DNA of 63,825 bases, the filler included, from Octopus bimaculoides (taxonomy: Eukaryota), in assembly GCF_001194135.2 (NCBI RefSeq). It is 8 parts of 6 records of this genome, joined end to end, with 100 filler letters (N's around TTAATTAATTAA, not from the genome) between each part and the next. Parts side by side here need not be neighbours in the genome. Positions count along the whole stretch, not along the records: positions 1 to 15,478 come from NC_068997.1; 7 more parts are not named here. The stretch is one strand, 5' to 3'. The notes beneath the pieces were generated by a model that had not been told where the DNA came from, ran no database searches, and saw nothing but the letters and a program-made list of their open reading frames with translations. Position numbers and translations under genes: made by a program. This document shows positions 1 through 10,033 of the stretch, piece by piece; position 1 is the stretch's first letter, and each line of letters begins with the position of its first letter.

Positions 1-880
1 GTGTGTATTGCTGTATTTGGGGATGGTCATGTTGCTAGATTAGCCAATGAAAACACACGCACTATATATTTGATGCTCACTTGCTTCGGCTTTATTTCAT
101 TTTAATTGGATTTCGGCCAGAGTTCTTTCGTCACACTTCTGTGACCTCATCAGTGGTCCTTTGCTTTTTGTGCCTCCTCTCCTTCCTAATGATCTGCCAT
201 TTTGTATTCCTGTTGTATGTTTATTTATTTTCGCAGGGGTATATCCCTATGTGTGTCTATGTTTAGTAAGTGTGTGGGGGGGGGATGTGTATGGCATCTG
301 TATTAACTGTATCCCCTGTTTATTCACGTTCGTTTAATTTAATCTAATTTATTTCATTCATTTGTTTTTATGTACTTACTTTTTCATTTCTTTCTTTTTT
401 GTATTAGTTCAATTTAATTTATTATATTTTGTTTATGTGTATAATTACTTAATTCCATTTATTTATCTGTCTATTGTATTAGTTTCATATTATCATTAGT
501 TTATGGGGATCTTATTCTGTCACAGGTTGTGGTGTGTGGGTGTGTGTGCTAATGTTCCATTCTAGTTTTCTATTTAGGCTAGGTTTATCTTCTATTATGT
601 GTGTAGTTTCTGTAATTTGTCTAAGCGTTGCGTCCGTTCTATGTGTGGACAAGATTTTAACTTCTATGTTGTTGAGTGAGCCCCCGTGTTTTCGTTCGGC
701 AGTATAGAATCGATGAGCTCTTCTCTCCCATAAATACCCTCTGATGCTCATTTGTCCACTCTTCTATGCTCCGTGTTGTCTCCCCTAGGTACGTCGTTGT
801 CTTGTTTCTGCACCGTCCCTCTGTACCTCTCATACATTCCTATATTCCTAGCTTTACACTTTGTTTGTGGGCTAAATGTA
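1..880 (-). mobile_element. Penelope-like element 3' end: frameshifted GIY-YIG endonuclease followed by pLTR with hammerhead
   Basis: Minus-strand translation gives YLGETTRSIEEWTNEH (791->744, YIG half-motif). A second frame gives ...ATLRQITETTHIIEDKPSLNRKLEWN (ORF 512..751), the typical GIY-YIG C-terminus. A hammerhead core lies at 115-159. Confidence 0.75.
115..159 (-). ncRNA. Type I minimal hammerhead ribozyme (Penelope-type)
   Basis: Minus strand GGACCA-CUGAUGA-G-GUCACA-gaag-UGUGAC-GAAAG-aa-CUC^UGGCC. Core intact, 6-bp helix II, 2-bp helix III, CUC triplet, helix I with one mismatch. Confidence 0.65.
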
Positions 881-1290
881 CATACGGTTCGATAGGTACG
901 ATATAGTAAAGAACATTTTATACCACGACGACGAGGATAAATTTTTGTACATGCGTGTGTATGTGTCTGTGAGTGTGTTTGTATTTGCGCGTTCGATATG
1001 TAAGAGATAGTAAAGCGCATTTCATACCATGACGACATATTTTCTATATGAGCGTACATGTGTCTGTGAGTGAGTGTGTGTTTGCGCGTTTTTTAAGTAC
1101 GACATAGTAAAGGCCATTTTATACCACAATGACGCCGACACATTTTATATATGAGTGTGTATGTGTGTGTGTGAGTGTGTTTGCACCTTCCTTATGTACG
1201 AGATAGTAAAGGACTTTTTATACTACTACGACGACGACAAATTTTGTACATGAGTGTGTATGTGTCTGTGAGTGTGTGTGTGCTCGCGCG
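880..1290. repeat. Minisatellite, ~100-bp unit x4
   Basis: ga[t/g/c]atagtaaag..ttt..atacc..gacgac..gtgtgtatgtgtctgtgagtgtgt recurs near 899, 1003, 1100 and 1199. Confidence 0.85.
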
Positions 1291-1402
1291 CTCGTTACGT
1301 AAATGTATGTCTCTGTGTGTCTGTCTTAGTATATGTATGTGAGTGCATGTGAGAATATATGAGTATGTCAGTGTATGTGAGAGCGTATGTGTGATTGTCA
1401 TT

Positions 1403-1500
1403 TACACTGATGTAAACTGGCTATGTGAAAGAGCTATGCTGGCTCCATCTAACGAAATGGATGATAAACTCAGTCATGAGCTTCTTCAAAAGTTAACAGA
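1403..1500 (+). mobile_element. Probable Helitron Pif1-helicase remnant
   Basis: YTDVNWLCERAMLAPSNEMDDKLSHELLQKL resembles the Helitron helicase motif WLxERAILAPxN...N..I (recalled, not searched). Confidence 0.4.
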
Positions 1501-2594
1501 TACATTAGAAATGAATTTTCCATCAATTCACACAACTCACAAAATTCACATCTCCAGTCTGTTACAAATAAGACAAATCCCTGTTACTTCTAAACTTAAC
1601 ATAATTCAGACAACATAATAAAAAATATTTATCAACAGCCTAGTACTCACCATTTCTGTTTATGTTTGAAATTGGTGACTATGACACCACTGCGCATACC
1701 TACAATATTAACAACAACAACAACAGTATAACCAAGTCCATAACCTATCTAAGATGTATGTATTTTTCTAACTAACCTGTGTCTTATGGTTTAAATCAAT
1801 ATCTCCTCCTATACTACCAAAATGCCCATATAATCATTTTATCTACCTGAAGCGTTTAAAGCGTTACTGGAACAAAATTTGCTAAAGCTACATCCATTGG
1901 ATGGCTAGATAAATTAGAAATTAGCCCGAAAATGTCTTTTGCATATATCATTTGTTATTCTAATGCGTAAGATCGTTAAAATGCTGCTTCAGAAAACAAT
2001 GAGAAAACAAGGTAACCACATCGATACCCCTCAAAGCCAACCATCATTCCTCACACATTTCAAAATGTAACTGATCCGACAGATATCAACAGGGAATACA
2101 TTCAGTTTAGAATCAATTTAAAGTTGCAGTTTGAAGATAATGTTTATTACTTCTCTAAACTATCATTCAATAAAAGAGCATTTTTGTCGAGAGTAAGGAA
2201 AGAAACGCCAAAAATCAAAAGAAAAAAAGAAATGACTATCATAAATATTGTTGACTATATCACTTGAGACCAAATGAAATTATGAGACCGTATGTCAATA
2301 TCTGCTTCTATACAACTTCTATCACTTTGAAGAAACGCCTTAGAAATGTCCTAACTATACGGAGAAATGAAATAACTCAGTGAAAGTAACGGTTATGGAT
2401 AAAAAAAAAATAGAATATAAACAAAGGTAAACCGCAGAATAGCATAATTTAATGCCATAATAAGATATAAGGTAAATAATAAATTCAAAGTACGTTAACT
2501 ATTTCTAACACAAACACACACAATTATGAATTAGAAGCAGCGCTAGTATTATAAACATTATCGGTCGATAATACATACACGCATACATACTTAC

Positions 2595-2670
2595 GTAGAG
2601 ATATACGGGGTGGGATTACTACATAAGGGGAAAGTTTGCTCGGGGAGGAATCGCTTCTAAGTTTATTTTC
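2595..2670 (-). CDS. Candidate internal exon, unnamed minus-strand gene (ENKLRSDSSPSKLSPYVVIPPRISL)
   Basis: Acceptor ttttttcaacataag, donor C|GTAAGT, 76 nt, phase 0->1. Continues in frame from exon 3718-3870. Confidence 0.4.
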
Positions 2671-3325
2671 CTTATGTTGAAAAAACATTATCATACAGTC
2701 AAAGAGCATGCATATATGTTTATATGATTCTTTTATGTTTTTCATGAGATAATGTCCTTAAAATCTCTGCTACCCCTGGATAGTACTATTTCGCCCTCTT
2801 CCTGAACGCTTCAGCACGACATAACTCATATATTAATATTTATATATACCTGTGTGTGTGTGTATGAATATATATATATATATATATATGAAAGAAGGTT
2901 TGAAAATGCACTTATTTAAAAAAAATATTTATTTACTTAACCGGTTTCACTTTTTTAGAAAAAGATTATCAAAAGTCTTTGAGAATAATAAAAAATGTTA
3001 AAAAACAGTCTGAGTATTAAAATGCATATATACATTCTTTGATGATAAAATATATTTAAAGTATAAAGCTTTGTATGAACTTTGTAGTGTTACATACTGA
3101 TTGTCATATTAAGGTGAAATTGTTAAAAAAAGTGTTAANNNNNNNNNNNNNNNNNNNNNNNNNNNNNNNNNNNNNNNNNNNNNNNNNNNNNNNNNNNNNN
3201 NNNNNNNNNNNNNNNNNNNNNNNNNNNNNNNNNNNNNNNNNNNNNNNNNNNNNNNNNNNNNNNNNNNNNNNNNNNNNNNNNNNNNNNNNNNNNNNNNNNN
3301 NNNNNNNNNNNNNNNNNNNNNNNNN

Positions 3326-3357
<32 letters not shown>

Positions 3358-3717
3358 TATATTTATGTACGTATGTACGTGTGTGTATGTGGTTATATAT
3401 ATGTGCGCGCGTGTGTGTTGCATGTTTGAGTGTGTGTATGCGCGCGTGTGTGTGTGTGTGTGTGCATGTATGTGTGTATGTGTGTCTGTTAGTTATCACT
3501 CATACTTTTGTATATTCCCAGTCTACGTTATATTTTCATTCGCCGTTCAGAATAACAGTATTTCTTTTCTCCAATTATTTTCTGGGATTTTACTTTAAGT
3601 TACTATATTTTATTTTTGTTTGTTTTTGGTTTCTTAAATGCGGTTTTTATTGCTTCTCCCGACACTTACAACATCATTGAACATTATGGTTTCAGTCTCA
3701 GAATAATTTTACTTTAC

Positions 3718-3870
3718 CAGTTTCTTGACCAGTTCAAGTAGTTGTGCTTTCTTCTTCTCTCTGCTACTCTCTAATGACATTGTTTTAGTATGAGTTCTAC
3801 TCCTATCCAAAATTCTTTCATTTTTGCATGATAATTCTGTTTTCGAAAAAAATTCCAAGGTGGACGTTGA
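3718..3870 (-). CDS. Candidate internal exon, unnamed minus-strand gene (STSTLEFFSKTELSCKNERILDRSRTHTKTMSLESSREKKKAQLLELVKKL)
   Basis: Pyrimidine-rich acceptor ...cattcag, donor CTG|GTAAAG, 153 nt open, phase 0->0. Confidence 0.45.
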
Positions 3871-4008
3871 CTGAATGATGCAGTAGAAAGAAGCCCAAAA
3901 TGTGTTAAGATAAATAAAAAATGAAAAAAAAAAATGAATAAATAACAGTGAAATAATCCAAATACGATAATGCTAAGGAAATATTGTAGTTGTTCCAATT
4001 TGTCTTAC

Positions 4009-4048
4009 CTTTAATACAAGTCTTTTTTGGTTTTTCATTCTAACTTCT
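4009..4048 (-). CDS. Candidate exon, same gene (EVRMKNQKRLVLK; ATG at 4038)
   Basis: Strong donor AAG|GTAAGA at 4008 gives a 138-nt intron to 3870. The acceptor (tttatgatag) is uncertain. Confidence 0.3.
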
Positions 4049-5940
4049 CTATCATAAATGTTACCGTTTTATTGACCTATATTACACTTTCGAAGATATC
4101 TTTAAGCGATTTTTACAACACCATCCAGACCGGACTCACAAGTTGGAAAGCTTAATGAATGAAGCTAGGAAATAATAAAAAATATATATATTCGGTGGAA
4201 ATGACATTTCGCATTATTGATTATTATTTGGAACTGTCTGGTAAAAGGTCAGGAACCTATTACTGGAGAGCGTGTTTCTTTGCAATAAAACCTTACGAAT
4301 GGTGTTAGGATGACTTAATCGAATGTTAGAACGAAGATTTGATGTGTCAAGAAAAAAAAAAAAGAAAGAAAGAAGAAGAAAAGAAGGTAAATGAAAAGAA
4401 AGAAAACTTATACAGCAATTGAGTGTAACAGGCGACCATGTATGGCCGCCGCCTTTTTAGCATTTGGTTCACTCTTTGTACAGACGTTCTCTTTCAGTGT
4501 TAGTTAAATTGAGTTAGAGGAAATAAAAATGACACAAGACATTCAGCTGAGTTTGGTGAGGCAACCACAAGTTTAATAATATAGTAATGTTCTGTCTCTA
4601 TTTCGCGAATTCATCGCTTGGAAATAGGAAATAGAAACAGGTTGTAACTTTAGCCAATGAACATGAAGACAAAGTGAGAGATATACGAGTTTATAGTTTA
4701 TTATTTACTACCTTGTTTTTGTTGTTTTGTTCTTATTTTTCTTTCATTTTTCTTTCTTATTTTCTTTTAAGAAATGAAAATGATGCGAAGAACTTTGGTA
4801 ATTTAGTTTTGAATAACTTGCTGCCAGTACAGGTTAGGAAGAAAAGGTGTTGTATTTTAGAATTAAATTCATTTATGTTTCCTGCGATAGTAACTTCACG
4901 AAGGAGTAGAGATAGTTCATGTTTGGTTACAGTTGTAACATAAACTCTGCGATATGAAATCAATGTCATACGCACCTCTTGTTCATGTTGTTGTTTTTGC
5001 TTGACTCCTATGTCGGCCCTGACTCAAGGTTCTTATAAACAAATGCGTTACACTTATAAGAATAGCGTTATGCCCTTCGGTATCGAATATCCAGAACTAC
5101 ATTATTGTGTCCTTTCATTTTCAGTGAGGTGAGAATGGTATTAGACTGTCATTTGCCTGCCGTTTCTTGGTGATCGAAAAATTGCTTGGAGTCCCCTCCC
5201 AACAAGAAGTAATGAAGTCAGTTTGATAAAAAAACGAAAAATAAATAAATAAAATTAAAAAAAACTGTTATGACTCAGTCAGCATTTTAAAGTTGCCTTG
5301 AATGTTTTTAAAATGATGATATCGGATTTAGCTAAAAAAAATTCTACACATGTTAAAACAGTATTTTCAATATTATTCAAAGTTAACAATTTCACACCAG
5401 AATGAAAGTAATATCTGACTAAGTTCGACGTGGAATCACTTCGATATCCAATGATATTTTTTCAAAAAAAGAACAAACAATTATTTAATTGAGATGCACT
5501 TGCAAATTATATATGTGAGGATAGGTACCATAACAGAATACATCCCAGTACAATATAGCCTAGTACATTGCTACAACGAGGAAGCATTTCTGCGATTGCA
5601 CCATCTATTAGAAACAGCATTTACAAACCACACTCTGCCGTCTTTAAAAGAAGCGCAATTGAGTAATATACTCCAATTTAAAATTATTCCTATGTATTTA
5701 TTTATTGATGACAAGCTGTATACTACATAAAAGAGCATTAGGGCTCATGACACACGGGGTCCCCGGGCAGATACACGGTGTACCTTTGCTTTAAGATAAC
5801 ACTGATCATAAGTTGAATGCTTTCTTTCACGATGAAGGACTAAAGTCCGAAACGTATAAAGAATTCTATTTTGCTGAGCGTTTAATTAATATCAATAACA
5901 TTTGTTTACCTGTTTACCTTGTTATTTTCTTGTTGCTTGA

Positions 5941-6130
5941 TCTCTCTCTCTCTCTTCCTCTCCCCCTCTCGCTCTTCCTCTCCCCCTCTCTCTCTATATA
6001 TATTTATATATATATATATCTATGTGTGTATATATGTATGTAGGTATGTATATATGTATGTATGTGCGTGTGTATGTGTGTATGTGTGTAGACAGAGAGA
6101 AAGAAAGAGAGAGAGGGGAAGGAGTGAGAG
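5941..6130. repeat. Compound (CT)n/(TA)n/(TG)n/(GA)n microsatellite
   Basis: Read directly from the sequence. Confidence 0.9.
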
Positions 6131-6319
6131 AGATATGGCAATAACTTGTCAAAACATGACTATCTGCAAGGGTAGTCATCAATTTCTTTCTTCATGTTGA
6201 GTTTTTATTACGTTGAAATCAAGCTAACACCATCTGACCTGTGAGTATAAAGGCTACCCCAGGCTTTGGCATTTTCCAAAAATGACAAAACACCAATGCA
6301 ACAACTGCAAGAATCTCTA

Positions 6320-6333
6320 CCACCACCACCACC

Positions 6334-6385
<52 letters not shown>

Positions 6386-6429
6386 ATACTACTACTACTG
6401 CTACTAGTAGTAGTAGTAGTAGTAGTAGT
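6320..6429. repeat. (CAC)n(TAC)n(TAG)n compound microsatellite
   Basis: Read directly; the repeat switches to its own complement at actagt (6403-6408). Confidence 0.95.
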
Positions 6430-6470
6430 GAGTTTTCAAAAAAGTCCCGCTATATTATTATTATTATAAA

Positions 6471-7540
6471 ATGATTACGAGCGTACAACAAGAAAGGGGT
6501 CTTGGCACCTGTGGTATCGGCAAGCGTTCACAGCTTCCTGCCAGTCGGTGGAAGTTCCACTTTGATGTTCTAAAGGGGATTAGTGGCGGGAAAGTGCGAC
6601 GACGTCCTCCTGGAATTTCTGGGCGCCGGGAGGGACTAATTAACTGGCCTTTTCCGGGGGACTTTCGGCTTGGATAATTTCCAGAAATCCCTAGCTTGGA
6701 GGTGCTACCGGGGAGCTCTGCCGGTTCGAGACAAGCTCTACAAACACGGATGTGCTGTACAACGGACCTGACCGAGGTGAGCGCAGGGTGACGAAACCGC
6801 TTTGCATGCACTCGTTTACTGTTCGGACATTACTATCTTGCGGAAAGGTGGTGAGTTGGCAGAATTGTTAGCACGCCGGGCGAAATGCTTAGCGTTATTT
6901 GTTCTGCCGCTACGTTCTGAGTTCAAATTTCGCCTAGGTCGACTTTGCCTTTCATTCTTTCGTGATCGATGAATTAAGTATCAGTTGCTTACTGGGGTCG
7001 ATCTAATCGATTAGCCCCCTCCTCCAAAATTTCGGGCCTTGTGCCTAGAGTAGAAAAGATTACTGACATGTGGAGCTTTGTTGAACAGCTGTTGACGAAG
7101 GTAGGACTGATCCGCTTATCAACCGAATCCATCGTGAAAATCACATCAGCGCCTTCTTTTGGCTAGGAACGAAAAGCAATTTTCCTGTCTGGTGGCCACG
7201 GCGAAAGAGATATTGTAGTGGACGAGATTGAAAGTACTGACAGACACCTTTTCGGCGAAGCCCTCATCGACTTTTTCATGTTCCACTTGAAAAGGAAAGT
7301 GAGAGTGGAGAGGGATGTTCTGACCCCTCTGCCCAGTATTTTTGTTGAATGGTGGGTGAAAATGGCGACGATGGCCCATGTGAATGGGCCTACTCTGAAC
7401 ATTTATTTGTAAACCGGAGGAGTTGAAAAGGAGAGAGGCGCCAACTGAGGTGCTCCTGGCGTTCCGGTAACCAGGAAGTGTAGGGTTCCTCGGTTGTTCC
7501 TGTGTGGAACTCTGCCCTTTTGGGGGGATTTTTGTTGTTT
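6471..7540 (+). mobile_element. L1/Tx1-type LINE ORF2 C-terminus (zf-RVT) plus 3' UTR, split by a SINE
   Basis: ...GALPVRDKLYKHGCAVQRT*PR*AQGDETALHALVYCSDIT continues after the SINE as DMWSFVEQLLTKVGLIRLSTESIVKI...FFMFHLKRKVRVER...FVEWWVK...L* (stop 7412). This is a degenerate CPRC...ET..HAL..C zinc knuckle. Confidence 0.8.
6835..7058 (+). mobile_element. tRNA-derived SINE family A, inserted in the Tx1 LINE
   Basis: Head ggtgagttggcagaattgttagcacgccgggcgaaatg, B-box-like gagttcaaatt, body gaggtcgactttgcctttcat. Direct repeat attact at 6829-6834 and 7059-7064. Confidence 0.9.
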
Positions 7541-8149
7541 AATCCTATTACTAATTCAAATTACGACAAACGTAAACAAACAAGCGAAGCTTACTTTTAG
7601 AAGCGTTGAGATGTCTTTTTTATAGAAAGTTAAAGAAGTGATGTTTAAATTCTCAATCGCAGAATAATGCTAATAATATAGCCTGAACAGGATAAACTAT
7701 CCCTATTTTTGCAGAGAAAAGTGTAGGTGGCCCACTTGGCCCTTGTGTTGTATTGTTCCTATCTGTTTTGTGTTCAAGCCTTGTGGCCAATAAAGAAAAC
7801 ATTATAATTATGAAATGCTATAAACAAATGAAGCACACAAAATACAAAAATGGGAAATAACGAAAAAAACAGAGCAGTCAAAACAAAAGTCACCAGAAAG
7901 CAAAAAGAGAAAGACAACAAAAACAAAACGAAACGAAAATCAACAAAAAAGAAACAAAACATTCCCGAAACAGCAAAGCTACGAAAGAAATAACAAAAAT
8001 TTGAAAATAAAAATAAAGATTCATAAAGTCAGCGAAATTATTGTTTAGTTTTACAGTGTTATATTAATATGTTAAGTAATTAATTAGTTAAGACATGATC
8101 TGACATGTGTTACAAATCTACAGAAAATTTTTAAGGTATGACGTCAGAA

Positions 8150-8590
8150 GGACTAACAGTGTAGACGATTATAACGAATCTTCTATGTCGGTTGATTGTT
8201 CAAAGAAGCAAGCTGTGTCGCTTTGAATTACATGAGAGAAAACCTCCACCTGGTCGTTTCAATTTGTAGAAATACTAGTCGAATTTCCCTCAGATCACTC
8301 AATTGTGTTGCTGGCGTAGAATTATCAACATGATGGCTCGATTTGCTACAAATACCAACTAAATTTCCCTCAAGTCACATAACTGTATTGTCCATATCCG
8401 AGTATCTATATGATGGCTCGTTTTCCTTGAAAGAACAGGCAAGTCTCACTCATATCACAAAATTGTCAACGTGGCTCGTCTTACTTGACATAGCATCGAC
8501 ATTTCCACCAGATCACATACTTCTCTTGGCATTCACCCTCAACTCCTTGGTAGAGTCGTGTTAACTGCCGTCTTTAGCTTAGCCAGGGAC
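8150..8590 (+). repeat. Degenerate tandem copies of the gctagaaatagcagccaaa..tccctcaaatcac repeat module
   Basis: Four diverged units with tgatggctcg..tttccc(t)ca.atcac. Related copies at ~13090-13260 and ~43740-43900. Confidence 0.55.
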
Positions 8591-8894
8591 TAATCAACGA
8601 CTGCACATTTTGTTTTCCGACCGAGAAGCTCGTGCTTGCTCGCTCAAGTTGAGAGAAATAACATCGTCAGAGGTCACTGTAGTTTTTCGTTTTATGGTTA
8701 ATAGAAGGCGAATCTGACTTAAATGACATCGGGTAGTCTTAAAAAGGAAGAACGAATTGTATAAGGCAGTCTCCAATGATTTAATACCTGAAAATGGAAA
8801 GACAAGGCTTAATCTGGTTGCATACGGTCGGTGAAAATAAACAAATAAAATATGCAATGTAAAATATGCCTTGTGCTTACAGTAGAAAAGAATC

Positions 8895-9095
8895 GTTATC
8901 ACGCCAAGTGAAATGCTTAGCGGTATTTCGTCTGCCGGTACGTTCTGAATTCAAATTCCGCCGAGGTCGACTTTACCTTTCATCCTTTCGGGTTTGTTAA
9001 ATTAAGTACCAGTCAAGTACTGGGATTGATTTAATCGACTATCTCCCCCACCCCACAACAAATTCCAGGCCTTGCGCCTATATCAGAAAGGATAT
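8895..9095 (+). mobile_element. SINE family A, 5'-truncated
   Basis: gaaatgcttagcggtatttcgtctgcc..gaggtcgacttt..tttcatcctttcggg..aattaagtaccag matches the other copies. Confidence 0.9.
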
Positions 9096-9310
9096 ATAAA
9101 GGAATCTCGCCAAGGATGGTAGTCTGACAGTATCTGTGTGGCATACGATGAGATCACTTAATTTATTCGTCCCGGATCTTTACGTACTGAGAACAAATCA
9201 CGCCACTACTTGAATGGTATATTTCGGCTTGAGACCATTATATGGTGCCTTCAGTGGAGTCCACTTTGTAACATGCATTCGGCTCAGGTTTCCGGCGTGA
9301 GGGTATTTTC

Positions 9311-9409
9311 TTCTTTTCCTTTTAACGGTCTCGGAAGCTTTTCAAATAATTCATGTGCGCTTCACATGAATTTTTTGAAAAGCTTCCGGGACCGTTAAAA
9401 GGAAAAGAA
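9311..9409. other. Near-perfect hairpin: 47-bp arms, 5-nt loop
   Basis: 9311-9357 vs the reverse complement of 9363-9409 differ at 2 positions (one is a G-U on + RNA). Confidence 0.9.
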
Positions 9410-9782
9410 AAAATTCTACTGATTTACGTTTCACACTTTGTTTCATTTATTGAAGTTCAGGCATGCTGGAGCACGGACTTGTGGGTTAAGTCGAAGAAAT
9501 TAACCTCAGCATTTATTTTAAGTCTCCTTCTTTTGCCGAAAAGTGGCATGTTAGCCAACCCAAACTACATGTCAAGCAGCAGCAGAACAAAAACATACAC
9601 ACAAACACTATATATGTTTATGTGTGCGTGTGTGTGTATGTGCGCGCGCGCGCGTATGTGTGTGCGTGCGTGTGTGTGTGTGTGTATGTAAACGAGCGGT
9701 TTCTACAGTTACCATCTACAAAATTCAATCAAAAGGCATTGGTCGGCCTGGGGCTGTGTATAGTAGAAGATATGATAAAAAT

Positions 9783-10033
9783 AATGCGCCCTTTCAAAGC
9801 CTAGCCAGGCTCATGGGCCCGGTTTCCCGGTTTCAATGTCGTATGTGTTCCCCAGCTGGACGGGACACCAGTCCATCGCAGCGTTACTCATCTTTTACCA
9901 GCTGAGTGGACTGGAGCAACGTGAAATGAAGTGTTTTGCTCGAAAACACAACGCGTCGCCCGGTCCAGGAATCGAAACCACGATCTTACGATCATGATGC
10001 CGACACCCTAATCACTAAGCCACGCGCCTCCAC
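9783..10033 (-). mobile_element. tRNA-derived CORE-type SINE family C
   Basis: Minus strand starts gtggaggcgcgtggcttagtgattagggtg..gtggtttcgattcc (A/B boxes), then gttgtgttttcgagcaaaacacttcatttcacgttgctccagtcc. A family B fragment lies at ~9690-9770. Confidence 0.8.

Noticed and set aside
880-1290. CRISPR-like repeat-spacer array
   Set aside because: The spacers are homologous and microsatellite-like, the context is eukaryotic, and there are no cas genes.
4770-4797. Short + strand first exon MKMMRRTL|gtaatt
   Set aside because: Too short to distinguish from chance, and no downstream partner exon was found.
5529-5604. Minus-strand signal-peptide-like exon (MLPRCSNVLGYIVLGCILL)
   Set aside because: Weak donor (GTACCT), and joining it to the 4048 exon creates TGA; unsupported.
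6765-6800. ctgaccgag..gtgacgaaaccgc as a hammerhead
   Set aside because: The core is wrong, and the sequence is explained as the decayed TCPRC..DET codons of the Tx1 zinc finger.
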